Notes: a model not told the origin generated them from the letters alone. A stretch of 64,000 nucleotides of DNA from an uncultured Chloroflexia bacterium (GCA_963714675.1 CAVQPG010000003.1:32477-96476); one strand, 5' to 3'. Counted from the stretch's first letter, positions 38,331 to 48,688 are shown. Translations and numbers: made by a program.

Positions 38331-39949
38331 GGCTCGACCATGCCGGCGTTCCCCGCCTGCTGCTGCTGGGCCTGCTGCTGACCCTGGACCTGGTCCTCGG
38401 GATGGTTCGTCTGCGGGACCGCGTGGATGCCCCCGATGTCGGCATGCTCCTCGCGTACCTCATCGATGCGCCGGCCGCCACGGTAGCGGCGCGGGAAGTC
38501 GACCGGACCCAGCACCCAGGTGTCCTTGGAGCCGCCGCCCTGGCTGGAGTTGACGACCAGCTGCCCGCGCTGGAGGGCGACCCGCGTGAGACCGCCGGGC
38601 AGCACCCAGATGTCGTCCCCACCACTGTTGACCGCAAAGGGCCGCAGGTCCACGTGGCGTGGCTCGAGCCCGTCCTCGGTCAGCGTGGGCACGGTCGAGA
38701 GCTGCACGACCGGCTGGGCGATCCAGCCGCGCGGGTCGAGGTCGAGGAGCCTGCGCGCGGTCGCCAGCTCGGACTTGCTGGCTGCCGGGCCGATGAGCAC
38801 ACCCTTGCCGCCGGACCCGTCGACGGGCTTGACCACCAGCTCGTCGAGGCGTTCGATGACCTCGTCGCGCGCCGCTTTCTCCTCCAGGCGCCAGGTGTCC
38901 ACGTTGGGCAGGATCTGGTCCTCGCCGAGGTAGTAGCGACACAGCTCGGGCATGTAGGTGTAGACGAGCTTGTCGTCGGCCACGCCGTTGCCCACGGCGT
39001 TGGCCAGGGTCACGTTGCCGAGGCGCGCCACGTTGATGAGCCCCGGCGCGCCCAGGGCCGAGTCGGGCCGGAACTGGACCGGGTCGAGATACTCGTCATC
39101 GACGCGGCGGTAGATGACATCCACGCGCTGGCGGCCGGCGGTGGTGCGCATGTAGACACGTCCGCCCACGACTTCGAGATCGCGACCCTCGACGAGCTCG
39201 ACGCCCATGGTGCGGGCCAACAGCGAATGCTCGTAGTAGGCCGAGTTGTAGACGCCCGGCGTGAGCACCACGATGGTCGGCTCCTCGATGCCCTCAGGCG
39301 CCACCTTGGCCAGCGCCTTGCGCAGCCGCTGCGAATACTCGAGCACCGGCCGGATGCCCATGGTCGCGAAGAGCTCGGAGAACATCTGCGACATCGCCCG
39401 CCGATTCGAGAGCACGTAGGAGACGCCCGAGGGCACGCGCACGTTGTCCTCGAGCACGCGATGGATGCCGTTCTGGTCGCGCACGATGTCGATGCCGCTG
39501 ACATGCACCCGCACGCCTCCGGGCGGATGGATGCCCACGGCGGCTCGATGGAAGTGCTGCGAGGAGGTGATCAGGCTGCGCGGCACGACGCCGTCGGCGA
39601 CGCAGCGTTGGGCGCTGTAGACGTCCGCGAGGAAGGCCTCCATCACGCGCACGCGCTGGATCACACCCGGCTCGAGGATGTCCCAGTCCTGGGAGCTCAC
39701 CACGCGCGGCACGATGTCCAACGGGAACGGTCGCTCCTCACCGGCGTGATCGAAGGTGACACCCTGGGCGAGATAGGCGCTGGCCACCGCCTCGGCCCGC
39801 TGCTGCAGGTCGTCCTGCGACATCCCCTCGATCTCCTGGTACACGGCCTCGTATGGCCCGCGCACCTGGCCTTCGACGTCCATGGCCTCGTCCCAGGCAC
39901 GGCCGGGCGCGTACCGTAGCCAGGGCGTGGTCATCTCGGGGCCGCTCAT
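38324..39949 (-). CDS. Circularly permuted type 2 ATP-grasp protein
   Basis: PFPLD.VPR, LEDNVRVPSGVSY, LTPG.YNSAYYEH, YRRVDD, NAVGNGVADDK, GGLTRVAL and VNSSQGGGSKDTW. Confidence 0.94.
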   Translation of the reverse strand: MSGPEMTTPWLRYAPGRAWDEAMDVEGQVRGPYEAVYQEIEGMSQDDLQQRAEAVASAYLAQGVTFDHAGEERPFPLDIVPRVVSSQDWDILEPGVIQRVRVMEAFLADVYSAQRCVADGVVPRSLITSSQHFHRAAVGIHPPGGVRVHVSGIDIVRDQNGIHRVLEDNVRVPSGVSYVLSNRRAMSQMFSELFATMGIRPVLEYSQRLRKALAKVAPEGIEEPTIVVLTPGVYNSAYYEHSLLARTMGVELVEGRDLEVVGGRVYMRTTAGRQRVDVIYRRVDDEYLDPVQFRPDSALGAPGLINVARLGNVTLANAVGNGVADDKLVYTYMPELCRYYLGEDQILPNVDTWRLEEKAARDEVIERLDELVVKPVDGSGGKGVLIGPAASKSELATARRLLDLDPRGWIAQPVVQLSTVPTLTEDGLEPRHVDLRPFAVNSGGDDIWVLPGGLTRVALQRGQLVVNSSQGGGSKDTWVLGPVDFPRRYRGGRRIDEVREEHADIGGIHAVPQTNHPEDQVQGQQQAQQQQAGNAGMVEPC

Positions 39950-40080
39950 GCCCACAGGGTAGTGCGAGCGCCGATCACTCGGCGTGACGACGGCGGTGCG
40001 ATTGCGTCGTCTTGTGGTATCAGGCGTATGGTGGGACGGATCGCACGGGGGCATCCAGCTGGGGGACGAATAGGAGCCCC

Positions 40081-41457
40081 TTGCCCATACCCAAGAACGA
40101 CCTCGCCCGTCTGCGCCAACAGGTCCACGGCTCTGTCATCACACCAGCGGATGATGACTACGACGAGGCACGCGCCGTCTACAACGCCATGATCGACCGG
40201 CGGCCGGCCGTGATCGTGCGTGCGCAGGATGCCGCCGATGTGGCTGCTGCCGTCGACTACGCCCGCGAGAACGAGCTGCCGCTGGCGGTACGTGGAGGCG
40301 GTCACAGCGTGCCCGGCTTCGGCACCCTCGACGATGGCGTCGTGGCCGACCTGTGGGGGATGCGCTCGGTCAGCGTGGATCCGGCCCGGCGAGTCGCCCG
40401 GGCGGCCGGTGGCGCTACCTGGGGGGACTTCAACCAAGCCACGCACGAGCACAGCCTGGCGACCACCGGCGGCATCATCTCGACGACCGGTGTGGCAGGG
40501 CTCACGCTGGGCGGTGGGATCGGCTACCTCACGCGCGGCCACGGGCTGGCCTGCGACAACCTCGTGGGCGCGGAAGTCGTGACCGCGGACGGCCGCACCG
40601 TGCACACCAGTGCTGACGAGAACCCCGACCTGCTGTGGGCGCTCAAGGGCGGCTCGGGCAACTTCGGGGTGGCCACGGCGCTCGACTTCGGGCTGCATCC
40701 CCTGTCTGAGGTCTACGGCGGCCCCATGTTCTTCGAGCTGGAGCATGCCCGGGCGCTGCTGGAGTGGTACCGCGACTACATCGTCGATGCCCCCGAGCAG
40801 TTCGGTGGCTTCCCGGCCTTCCAGATCGCGCCGCCCCTGCCTTTCATCCCGGAGGACCGGCACGGCGAGCCGTTCGTCATCTTCGTGACCTGCTGGGCCG
40901 GCCCACTCGACGAGGGTGAGGCCATCGTCGGACGCATCAGGGAGGTGGCCCCGGTCGTCGCCGAACACGTCGGACCGATGCCGTACCCCGCGCTCAACAG
41001 TGCCTTCGACGGGCTGGTGCCCGCGGGGCTCCAGCACTACTGGAAATCCAACTTCGTGCGTGAGCTGACCGACGAAGCGATCGACGCCCACCTGGAGCAC
41101 GGTCCGCGAGTGCCGGCCGTCAATTCCACGGTGCACATCTACCCCATCAACGGAGCCGCCCAGCGCGTCGGCCCTGGCGAGGCGGCCTTCGGCCATCGCG
41201 ACGCCACGTTCGCCCCGGTCATCGCTGGCATGTGGCCCGATCCGGCGCAGAACGAAGCCAACATCGCGTGGGTGAAGGACTACTACGCGGCGACCGCCCC
41301 GCACTCGGAGGAGGGCGGCTACGTCAACTTCGCGGCCTCGGACGACCAAGACCGCGTGCGGGCCAACTACGGGGTCAACTACGACCGGCTGGTCGAGGTC
41401 AAGCGTCGCTACGACCCGGACAACCTCTTCCGCAGCAACCAGAACATCAAGCCCTGA
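40081..41457 (+). CDS. FAD-binding oxidoreductase (berberine-bridge family, covalent His-FAD)
   Basis: RGGGHS, TGVAGLTLGGG.G, GGSGNFGV, YVNF and K..YDPDNLF. Confidence 0.93.
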   Translation: MPIPKNDLARLRQQVHGSVITPADDDYDEARAVYNAMIDRRPAVIVRAQDAADVAAAVDYARENELPLAVRGGGHSVPGFGTLDDGVVADLWGMRSVSVDPARRVARAAGGATWGDFNQATHEHSLATTGGIISTTGVAGLTLGGGIGYLTRGHGLACDNLVGAEVVTADGRTVHTSADENPDLLWALKGGSGNFGVATALDFGLHPLSEVYGGPMFFELEHARALLEWYRDYIVDAPEQFGGFPAFQIAPPLPFIPEDRHGEPFVIFVTCWAGPLDEGEAIVGRIREVAPVVAEHVGPMPYPALNSAFDGLVPAGLQHYWKSNFVRELTDEAIDAHLEHGPRVPAVNSTVHIYPINGAAQRVGPGEAAFGHRDATFAPVIAGMWPDPAQNEANIAWVKDYYAATAPHSEEGGYVNFAASDDQDRVRANYGVNYDRLVEVKRRYDPDNLFRSNQNIKP

Positions 41458-41513
41458 CGCACCCCCCAACGCCGGCTGACTCACATGCTGCCGCCGGCCT
41501 TCGGCACTCGGGC

Positions 41514-42773
41514 GTGACAGCACCATCCCCGGGCTCGGACGGCACCGCGCCCGACGAGGCTGGACGATGGGGCCAGCTGGCGATCATCGGCCTGGCCGAG
41601 CTACTGGCGCTGGCGCCGTGGTTCGGGGCGTCGGCCGTGGCCCCCAACCTCGTGACCTCCTGGTCGTTGGGTGGGCTGGATCTGCCGGTCCTCACCGTCG
41701 CGGTCCAGCTCGGCTTCGTGGCCGGAGCGCTGCTGCTGGCCCTGACCGGAGCGGCAGATGCCCTCTCCTCGACGCGCCTCTTCTTCGTCGGCGCCGTACT
41801 GGCCGCGGTCGCCAACCTCGGCTTTGCCTTGGCTGGCGACTTCATCGGCGCCCTGCCCTTCCGCTTCCTCACCGGGTTCGCCCTGGCGGCCGTCTACCCC
41901 GTGGGCATGAAGCTCATCGTGGGCTGGTTCCGGCGCGACCGCGGCCTGGCCGTGGGCACGCTCATCGGAGCGCTGACCGTGGGTTCGGCGCTGCCGTACC
42001 TGTTTCGCTCAGCCGGTTCGCTCGCGGCGGTCGACTGGCGCGTGGTCGTGGCCGTCTCGAGCGCATCGGCGCTTGCGGGAGGGGTGCTCGTGCTGGCCGC
42101 TGGACGCGTTGGGCCGTACGACACCCGCTCCGCCGGCCTGAGCCTCGACGCAGCACGACAGGCCTTCGCCGAGCGGGGTGTACGCCTGGCCAACGTCGGC
42201 TACCTGGGGCACATGTGGGAGCTGTACGCGATGTGGACCTGGATCCCGGTCTTCCTGCTGGCCAGCTTCGCCGCGGCCGGCTACGACGACCCGGCGCTGG
42301 CCAGCCTCGTGGCGTTCCTGGTGGTGGCCATCGGTGGGATCGGAAGCGTCGCCGCCGGGGTGCTGGCCGACCGGCTGGGACGCACCACGCTGACCATGGC
42401 AGCCATGGCGGCCAGTGGCACCGCAGCCGTGGTGACGGCCCTCAGCTTCGGGGCTGAGCCGTGGGTGACGACGGTGGTGGCGGCGATCTGGGGACTGACC
42501 GTGGTGGCTGACTCGGCCCAGTTCTCCACCGCGGTCACCGAGCTGACACCGCCCGGTACCGCCGGTACGGCCCTGACGCTCCAGACGGCGGCTGGCTTCA
42601 CCCTCACGAGCGTGACCATCCTCCTCGTCGGTTGGTTCGCATCCGATGGCGACGAGAACGCCTGGCGCCTGGCCTTCGTGGCGCTGGCCCTGGGTCCCCT
42701 GGTCGGGATCGTGGCCATGGCACGGCTGCGACGGCTGCCCGTGGCGCGCCGCATGGCCAGCGGGAACCGCTAG
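41514..42773 (+). CDS. MFS transporter
   Basis: About 12 TM helices; VQLGFVAG, YP.GMK, GYLGHMWELYAMW, ADRLGR and VADSAQFS. Confidence 0.9.
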   Translation: MTAPSPGSDGTAPDEAGRWGQLAIIGLAELLALAPWFGASAVAPNLVTSWSLGGLDLPVLTVAVQLGFVAGALLLALTGAADALSSTRLFFVGAVLAAVANLGFALAGDFIGALPFRFLTGFALAAVYPVGMKLIVGWFRRDRGLAVGTLIGALTVGSALPYLFRSAGSLAAVDWRVVVAVSSASALAGGVLVLAAGRVGPYDTRSAGLSLDAARQAFAERGVRLANVGYLGHMWELYAMWTWIPVFLLASFAAAGYDDPALASLVAFLVVAIGGIGSVAAGVLADRLGRTTLTMAAMAASGTAAVVTALSFGAEPWVTTVVAAIWGLTVVADSAQFSTAVTELTPPGTAGTALTLQTAAGFTLTSVTILLVGWFASDGDENAWRLAFVALALGPLVGIVAMARLRRLPVARRMASGNR

Positions 42774-44218
42774 CCGAACAGCGGCAGGCTCGACTCCTCG
42801 GCGCAGATGGCCTCGACCGCATCCGGCTCGACTGGCGAGAGGGCCGACAGGTTCTCGTGACCGTCCGGGGTGATGAGCAGGTCGTCCTCGATGCGCACGC
42901 CGATCCCGAGGTACTCGGCGGGTACCTCGAACTCGAACGTGCCCGCTTCGGCATCTCGCCGCTCGATCTCCGCCCGGGCGCCGGCGGCACCCAGCTCGAA
43001 AGCCAGCCGCAACCGCTCGTCAGGGTCGTAGGCTGCGTTCGAGAGGGTCAGCGTGGCCTTCTCGCGCCCGATGTAGATCCCCGGTTCCACGGTGAAGGCC
43101 ATGCCCGGCTCGAGTGGCCGCCCGGCACCATCGATGCGCGAGGCGCCCGCGTCGTGGACGTCGCTGCCCAGCCAGTGGCCGGTGCCATGGAAGAAGAACC
43201 GGCGGTACCAGCCCCTGGCCACGACCTCGTCGGCTGAGCCGGGCAGGAGCCCCAGCTCCACCAGGCCGGCAGAGAGTACCCCGACCGCTGTCTGGTGCAT
43301 GGCGGTCCAGGCCAGACCCGGCCGGCACCTCGCGATGACCGCCTGCTGGGCACGCAGGACCAACTCGTAGATCGCCCGCTGTGGCGCGCTGAAGCGGCCG
43401 TTGACCGGGAAGGTGCGCGTGATGTCGGAGGTCAGGTGGCGATACTCGGCCGCGGCGTCGACCAGCAGCAGCTCGCCCTCGCGCAGCGGCTGGTCGTTCT
43501 CGACGTAGTGGAGGATGCAGGCGTTGTCGCCGCCGGCCACGATCGAGCCGTAGCCCACCCGCTCGGCACCCATCACGCCGAAGACGTACTCGAGCACGGC
43601 CTGCACCTGACGCTCGCTGCGACCGGGTGCCGCGAAGCGCATGGCCTCGTTGTGGGCCACCGCGCTGATGCGACAGGCCTCACGGAGCGCTTCGATCTCC
43701 GGGGGCGACTTGATCACGCGCAGCTCGTGCAGGAGCGCGCGGATGTCGACGATCTCGACGGGCACCGCGACACCTGATCGCGCGGCGTAGCTACGCACCG
43801 AACGCACCGCCCGCAGGACCTCGTCGTCGAGCGGGCCGCCGAGCGCGTAACCGAGCGAGCGACGGCCAGCCAGCCGGCGCCGCAGCCAGTCACCGAAGTC
43901 GGCGGTCGGGTGGGCCGCATCGGCCCCGAACCGCTCGATGGCCCCCTCGATGCCGGCGCGTCGGCCGGTCCACGCTTCGGCCTCGCGGTCGCGGGCACGC
44001 ACGAACAGCGTGAAGGGTTCATCCGAGGTGGCATCGAGCACCGCGATCGCGTCGGGCTCGGTGAAGCCGGTGAGGAAGTGGAAGTCGGAATCCTGTCGGA
44101 ATGGATGCGCGACATCGTCGTTGCGGGTCTGCTCTCGCGCGGCCGGGATGACCGCGATGGTCTCGCCCAGTTGGCCCAGCAGCGCCGCTCGTCGGTCGGC
44201 GAATCGATCGGTGCTCAT
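42770..44218 (-). CDS. pepP: Xaa-Pro aminopeptidase P (M24)
   Basis: FRQDSDFHFLTGF.EPD, LHY, DAAAEY..SDITRTFP, HGTGHWLG.DVHD, TVEPG and GVRIEDD. Confidence 0.92.
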   Translation of the reverse strand: MSTDRFADRRAALLGQLGETIAVIPAAREQTRNDDVAHPFRQDSDFHFLTGFTEPDAIAVLDATSDEPFTLFVRARDREAEAWTGRRAGIEGAIERFGADAAHPTADFGDWLRRRLAGRRSLGYALGGPLDDEVLRAVRSVRSYAARSGVAVPVEIVDIRALLHELRVIKSPPEIEALREACRISAVAHNEAMRFAAPGRSERQVQAVLEYVFGVMGAERVGYGSIVAGGDNACILHYVENDQPLREGELLLVDAAAEYRHLTSDITRTFPVNGRFSAPQRAIYELVLRAQQAVIARCRPGLAWTAMHQTAVGVLSAGLVELGLLPGSADEVVARGWYRRFFFHGTGHWLGSDVHDAGASRIDGAGRPLEPGMAFTVEPGIYIGREKATLTLSNAAYDPDERLRLAFELGAAGARAEIERRDAEAGTFEFEVPAEYLGIGVRIEDDLLITPDGHENLSALSPVEPDAVEAICAEESSLPLFG

Positions 44219-44341
44219 GACCATGAGCGTAGCGGGCTGTGGGATCGGGCACAGACCGTGGCGCTGACCACCTCCGAGGAGTGACCGGCCGCAGGCCCTA
44301 TCCTGAGGGCTGGTCCGAATGACCGCTGAAGGAGGGGAAGC

Positions 44342-45994
44342 TTGCGAACCGCGGAAGCACTGCTGGGTGCGCTGCGTGATGCCGGCGCGAGGGAGATCTT
44401 CGGCATTCCCGGCGACTTTGCGCTGCCACTGTTCGAGGTCATCGAGCGCACGCAGGTGCTGCCCCTCTATACGCTCAGTCACGAGCCGGCGGTCGGCTTC
44501 GCGGCCGACGCCGCGGTGCGCTTCCACGGCGGGCTCGGCGTCGCGGCCATCACCTATGGCGCGGGTGCCTTCAACCTCGTCAACCCCATCGCTGGCGCCT
44601 ACGCCGAGCGCTCACCGGTCGTCGTGCTCTCGGGCGCACCTTCGCTGGCGGAACGGTCTCGCGGTCTGCTCGTGCATCACCAGGCGCGGACCATCGAATC
44701 ACAGCTCAACGTCTACCGCGAGATCACCTGCGACCAGGCCGTGCTCGACGATCCGGCCAGCGCAGCCGGGTCTATCGCCCGCGTCCTGCGCTCCGCCCGC
44801 GAGCACTCCCAGCCGGTCTACCTCGAGATCCCGCGCGACATGGTCGCAGCCGAGATCGGCGAGGTCCCGGTGCTGCCACCCTCCCCGGTCGATCCCGAGG
44901 CGGTCGCGGCCGCCGCCGAGGAAGTGCTGGGGCGCCTGGCAGCGGCCCGCTCACCGGTGCTGGTGGTGGACGCCGAGGTGCGACGCTACGGCGTGGAAGC
45001 GGAGGTGGCGGAGCTGGCCGAGCGCCTGGCGATCCCGGTCGTCACGACGTTCATGGGCCGCGGCCTGCTGGCCGATGCGCCGCATCCCCCGATGGGCACC
45101 TACATCGGCGTGGCCGGCCAGCGCGAGATCACCGAGCTGGTGGAGTCGTCCGACGCCCTGTTCCTGCTGGGCGTGATCCTGAGCGACACGAATTTCAGTG
45201 CAGCCATGCGCGAGATCGACATGCGCCACGCGATCATCGCCGCGGAACGAAAGGTGCGCCTCGGCTTCCATACCTATTCGGAGGTACCGCTGCGCGACCT
45301 CGTGGAAGCCATGGCCGTGGCCGCCCGCCCGAGCGGCACTCGCCCGCAGCTGCCGCAACCACCGGCCCTGCCCTACGGCCTGGCAGCTGACGAGTCACCC
45401 ATCACACCTACCGATATCGCCACCGCTGTCAACGACATGATGCGCGACCACGGCCCGATGCCCATGGCCTCGGACATGGGCGACTGCCTGTTCACGGCCA
45501 TGGATATCGACCAGCACTCGCTGGCCGCTCCCGGCTACTACGCGGGCATGGGCTTCGGCGTACCGGGCGGGCTCGGAGTGCAGGTCGCGACCGGCGAGCG
45601 GCCGCTCATCCTGGTCGGTGACGGCGCCTTCCAGATGACCGGCTGGGAGCTGGGCAACTGCCGCCGCTACGGCTGGGATCCGATCGTCATCGTCTTCAAC
45701 AACGCCTCGTGGGAGATGCTCCGCGCGTTCCAACCCGAGGCCGGCTACAACGACCTGCCCCAGTGGCCATTCCATGAGTTGGCCGACTCGCTGGGCGGCG
45801 TGGGCATCCGCGTGCGCACCCGGCGAGAGCTGGCCGAAGCGCTCGAGCACGCGGTCGCGGACGTCGGACGTTTCGTGCTCATCGACGTGATCATGGAGCG
45901 CGGGCAGGTCTCGAAGACGCTCACTCGTTTCGTCGAGGGCTTCCAGCGGCGGCGAGCACTGGGCCCGGCAGCCGCATCGGTCAAGGAACGGTGA
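44342..45994 (+). CDS. ipdC: Indolepyruvate/phenylpyruvate decarboxylase (TPP-dependent)
   Basis: FGIPGDFALP, HEPAVGFAADA, LLVHHQ, DMGDCLF, GDGAFQMTGWELG and NN.SWEML. Confidence 0.88.
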   Translation: MRTAEALLGALRDAGAREIFGIPGDFALPLFEVIERTQVLPLYTLSHEPAVGFAADAAVRFHGGLGVAAITYGAGAFNLVNPIAGAYAERSPVVVLSGAPSLAERSRGLLVHHQARTIESQLNVYREITCDQAVLDDPASAAGSIARVLRSAREHSQPVYLEIPRDMVAAEIGEVPVLPPSPVDPEAVAAAAEEVLGRLAAARSPVLVVDAEVRRYGVEAEVAELAERLAIPVVTTFMGRGLLADAPHPPMGTYIGVAGQREITELVESSDALFLLGVILSDTNFSAAMREIDMRHAIIAAERKVRLGFHTYSEVPLRDLVEAMAVAARPSGTRPQLPQPPALPYGLAADESPITPTDIATAVNDMMRDHGPMPMASDMGDCLFTAMDIDQHSLAAPGYYAGMGFGVPGGLGVQVATGERPLILVGDGAFQMTGWELGNCRRYGWDPIVIVFNNASWEMLRAFQPEAGYNDLPQWPFHELADSLGGVGIRVRTRRELAEALEHAVADVGRFVLIDVIMERGQVSKTLTRFVEGFQRRRALGPAAASVKER

Positions 45995-46103
45995 CTGCAG
46001 CTACGTCGGCCCGACGGTCGAGGTGCGCGGGAGCGTCGATGACGAATGCTGGCTAAGGTCGAGCAGCCACAAGCTCTCGACAACGACGGAGGTCCCGCTC
46101 GCC

Positions 46104-47330
46104 GTGCCGCCATCCTCTCGCACCATCGATCACCTGCTGCGCTCGTGTGGGGGCCTGGCCATGGTGGCCGCGCTCTGTATCGCCATCCCCGGAACCGCTG
46201 TCGGCGACCCCGGCGAGAGCCCGCAGCCAGGCGCGGCCTCGGCGTGTCTCGCAGGTCCGGACTGGCAGGCTGAGCCGATCGCGCCGGGCATCGACCGGGT
46301 CATCGCCGACGGAGAGGGGCATCGGTTCGACCGCGGACGCGTGCGCGAGGTCGAGATCGGGGCCGACGGCCGTCCGCTGGTTGCCCAGGGCGCTCGCGTG
46401 GCGGTCGTCGGGACCACGGACACCATCGAGCCTCGCTCGAACGATCCGCAGGCGTTCCCTCGACGTCTGAGCCTGGCGCCGACCGGGGAGCTCTGGGCAG
46501 CCGAGGATGGCGGAGCGGCTGTCACTCTCGTCGACGGGCAGTGGCGGGACCGTTCAGCCGCGTTGCGCGGTGTGGGTGCCTCCCTGTCGGTGCTCGACGA
46601 TGGGACCGTGTGGTGGGTCGTGCGAGACGACGACGGCCTGCACCGGGTGGTGTGGCTCGGAGACTCGACCTGGCAGGATGCCAGCGACGAGCGACCGAGC
46701 GTGCTCGCCCGCCAGGGCGCAGCCAGCTACACGTTCGCCAGGACATCCGATGGACGCGTGTGGCTGGGGGTCGACCGCGGAACGCGGCGGGGTGGCCTGG
46801 CCTCGCTCGAGGACGGCGTCTGGACCACGATGGACGACCTCGAAGCCTACGGCGTGGAGCGCGCGCTGAACCTGAGCGTCGGCCCTGATGGCTCACTCTG
46901 GGTGCTGGGAGCAGACCTCGCGGCTCGCCCCGACGGTGCGCTGCTGGCACACCAGGTCGACGACGGTTGGGCCATCCATCCGGTGCCGGTGGACGTGCCC
47001 GACGACGGTTCTGGCGCCTGGATCGGCTGGTCGCCGATGGCCGGCGCGCCGCTGCTGGCTGACGACCAGGAGCGCGTGTGGGCTTCTCCCCCCGGCGCAG
47101 GGCTGTACCTGCTCGAAGGTGAGACGCTCCGACGAATCGAGGCGCGCGGGCTGGGCCTTGGCGCCCAGGACCTCGCGGTCGATGGGCGCGGCTGCCTGTG
47201 GGTCGCGACGCGTCGTGGAGCGCTCTACACCATCGATGCGTTGCTCCTTGACCCTCCCGCCAGCGCAGCCGCATCGCTGCTCGGGCACTACCATGCGGTC
47301 CCGCCATCCACGACCGGAGCGACGCGATGA
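46104..47330 (+). CDS. Secreted beta-propeller-like hypothetical protein (start uncertain)
   Basis: Repeated DG.VW/LW blades; signal-like hydrophobic segment; ATGA overlap with mgtE. Confidence 0.65.
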   Translation: MPPSSRTIDHLLRSCGGLAMVAALCIAIPGTAVGDPGESPQPGAASACLAGPDWQAEPIAPGIDRVIADGEGHRFDRGRVREVEIGADGRPLVAQGARVAVVGTTDTIEPRSNDPQAFPRRLSLAPTGELWAAEDGGAAVTLVDGQWRDRSAALRGVGASLSVLDDGTVWWVVRDDDGLHRVVWLGDSTWQDASDERPSVLARQGAASYTFARTSDGRVWLGVDRGTRRGGLASLEDGVWTTMDDLEAYGVERALNLSVGPDGSLWVLGADLAARPDGALLAHQVDDGWAIHPVPVDVPDDGSGAWIGWSPMAGAPLLADDQERVWASPPGAGLYLLEGETLRRIEARGLGLGAQDLAVDGRGCLWVATRRGALYTIDALLLDPPASAAASLLGHYHAVPPSTTGATR

Positions 47331-48688
47331 CCATCGAAACGGACCGACGATCATGGGAGCACCTGCGTGAGCTGGCGGCCGCCGACGACCGCGCCGGTCT
47401 CGACGCTGTCATCAGCTCGATGGAGCCCAGCGAGGCCATCCGCGCCATCCTGCGACTGGAGCCGGAAGACCAGGAGGCGGTCCTGACCACGCTCTCCCCG
47501 CCCGAGGCTGCCGACATCATCGAGGACGCTCCGGACGAGCAGGCGGCTGACCTCATCGAACACCTGGCCCCGACCGATGCGGCGGCCATCCTCACCGCGA
47601 TGCAGAGCGATGAGCAGGCCGACCTCATCGCCGACCTGGGCAGCGATGAGGCGGCCGCCATCCTCCACGAGATGGACCCGGAGAAGGCCACCGAAGTACG
47701 GGCCATGGCCGACTACGATGACGACATCGCGGGCGGCCTGATGATCACCGAGTTCTCGCAGGTGAGCGAGAACCAGACCGTCGGCGACACGCTGGACCAG
47801 CTCGTGGAGAACGCCGAGGACAGCGACGATCACTTCAGCCGCTACGTCTACGTGCTCTCCCCGCTCGGCCGGCTGGTGGGCGTGGCCGCCGCCAGCACCC
47901 TCGCGGCCGCGCCCCGTTCCTCGCGCGTCGCCGATGTCATGGTGCCCCCGCTGTTCACGGCGCCGACCACGGAGCTTGACGACCTGCGTGAGTTCTTCGA
48001 GGCCCACCCGATCGCGGCGGTGCCGGTCGTCGACCAACGCGGCCGGCTGCTGGGCGTGACCCGCCGCACCGCCGTGCTCGATGCCATCGCCGAGCGTTCG
48101 GAGCGCGAGATGTTGCGGATGCGGGGCATCGTCGGCGGTGACGAAGTGCGTTCGTTGCCCACCTCCACACGCGCCCGCCGTCGGCTCTCGTGGCTGAGCA
48201 TCAACATCGTGCTCAACGTCATCGCCGCCAGCGTCATCGCGCTCTTCATCGACACCCTGGACCAGGTCATCGCGCTGGCGGTCTTCCTGCCCATCATCAG
48301 CGACATGTCGGGCGCCAGCGGCAACCAGGCGGTGGCGGTGAGCATGCGCGAGCTCTCGCTCGGCCTGGTCAAGCCCTACGAGTTGGGGCGGGTCTGGCTC
48401 AAGGAGATCAGCGTCGGCTTCATCAACGGCGTGGCGCTGGGCGTGCTCATCGGCGCGGTGGCCATCCTTTGGGATGGCAGCCCCTGGCTGGGACTCGTCG
48501 TCGGCGTGACCCTGGCGCTCAACACGCTCATCGCGGTCTCCATCGGCGGCACGGTGCCGCTCGCGCTCAAGCGCTTCGGCGTGGATCCGGCGGTAGCTTC
48601 AGGTCCCATCCTCACGACCGCGACGGATATCTGCGGCTTCTTCCTGGCCTTGAGCATGGCCACTATCCTGCTCGCGCAGTTGACCTAG
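47327..48688 (+). CDS. mgtE: Magnesium transporter MgtE
   Basis: Acidic N-domain repeats, AGGLM plus CBS pair, RRRLSWL, P...DMSG..G.Q and DPAVASGP.LTT..D. Confidence 0.94.
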   Translation: MTIETDRRSWEHLRELAAADDRAGLDAVISSMEPSEAIRAILRLEPEDQEAVLTTLSPPEAADIIEDAPDEQAADLIEHLAPTDAAAILTAMQSDEQADLIADLGSDEAAAILHEMDPEKATEVRAMADYDDDIAGGLMITEFSQVSENQTVGDTLDQLVENAEDSDDHFSRYVYVLSPLGRLVGVAAASTLAAAPRSSRVADVMVPPLFTAPTTELDDLREFFEAHPIAAVPVVDQRGRLLGVTRRTAVLDAIAERSEREMLRMRGIVGGDEVRSLPTSTRARRRLSWLSINIVLNVIAASVIALFIDTLDQVIALAVFLPIISDMSGASGNQAVAVSMRELSLGLVKPYELGRVWLKEISVGFINGVALGVLIGAVAILWDGSPWLGLVVGVTLALNTLIAVSIGGTVPLALKRFGVDPAVASGPILTTATDICGFFLALSMATILLAQLT

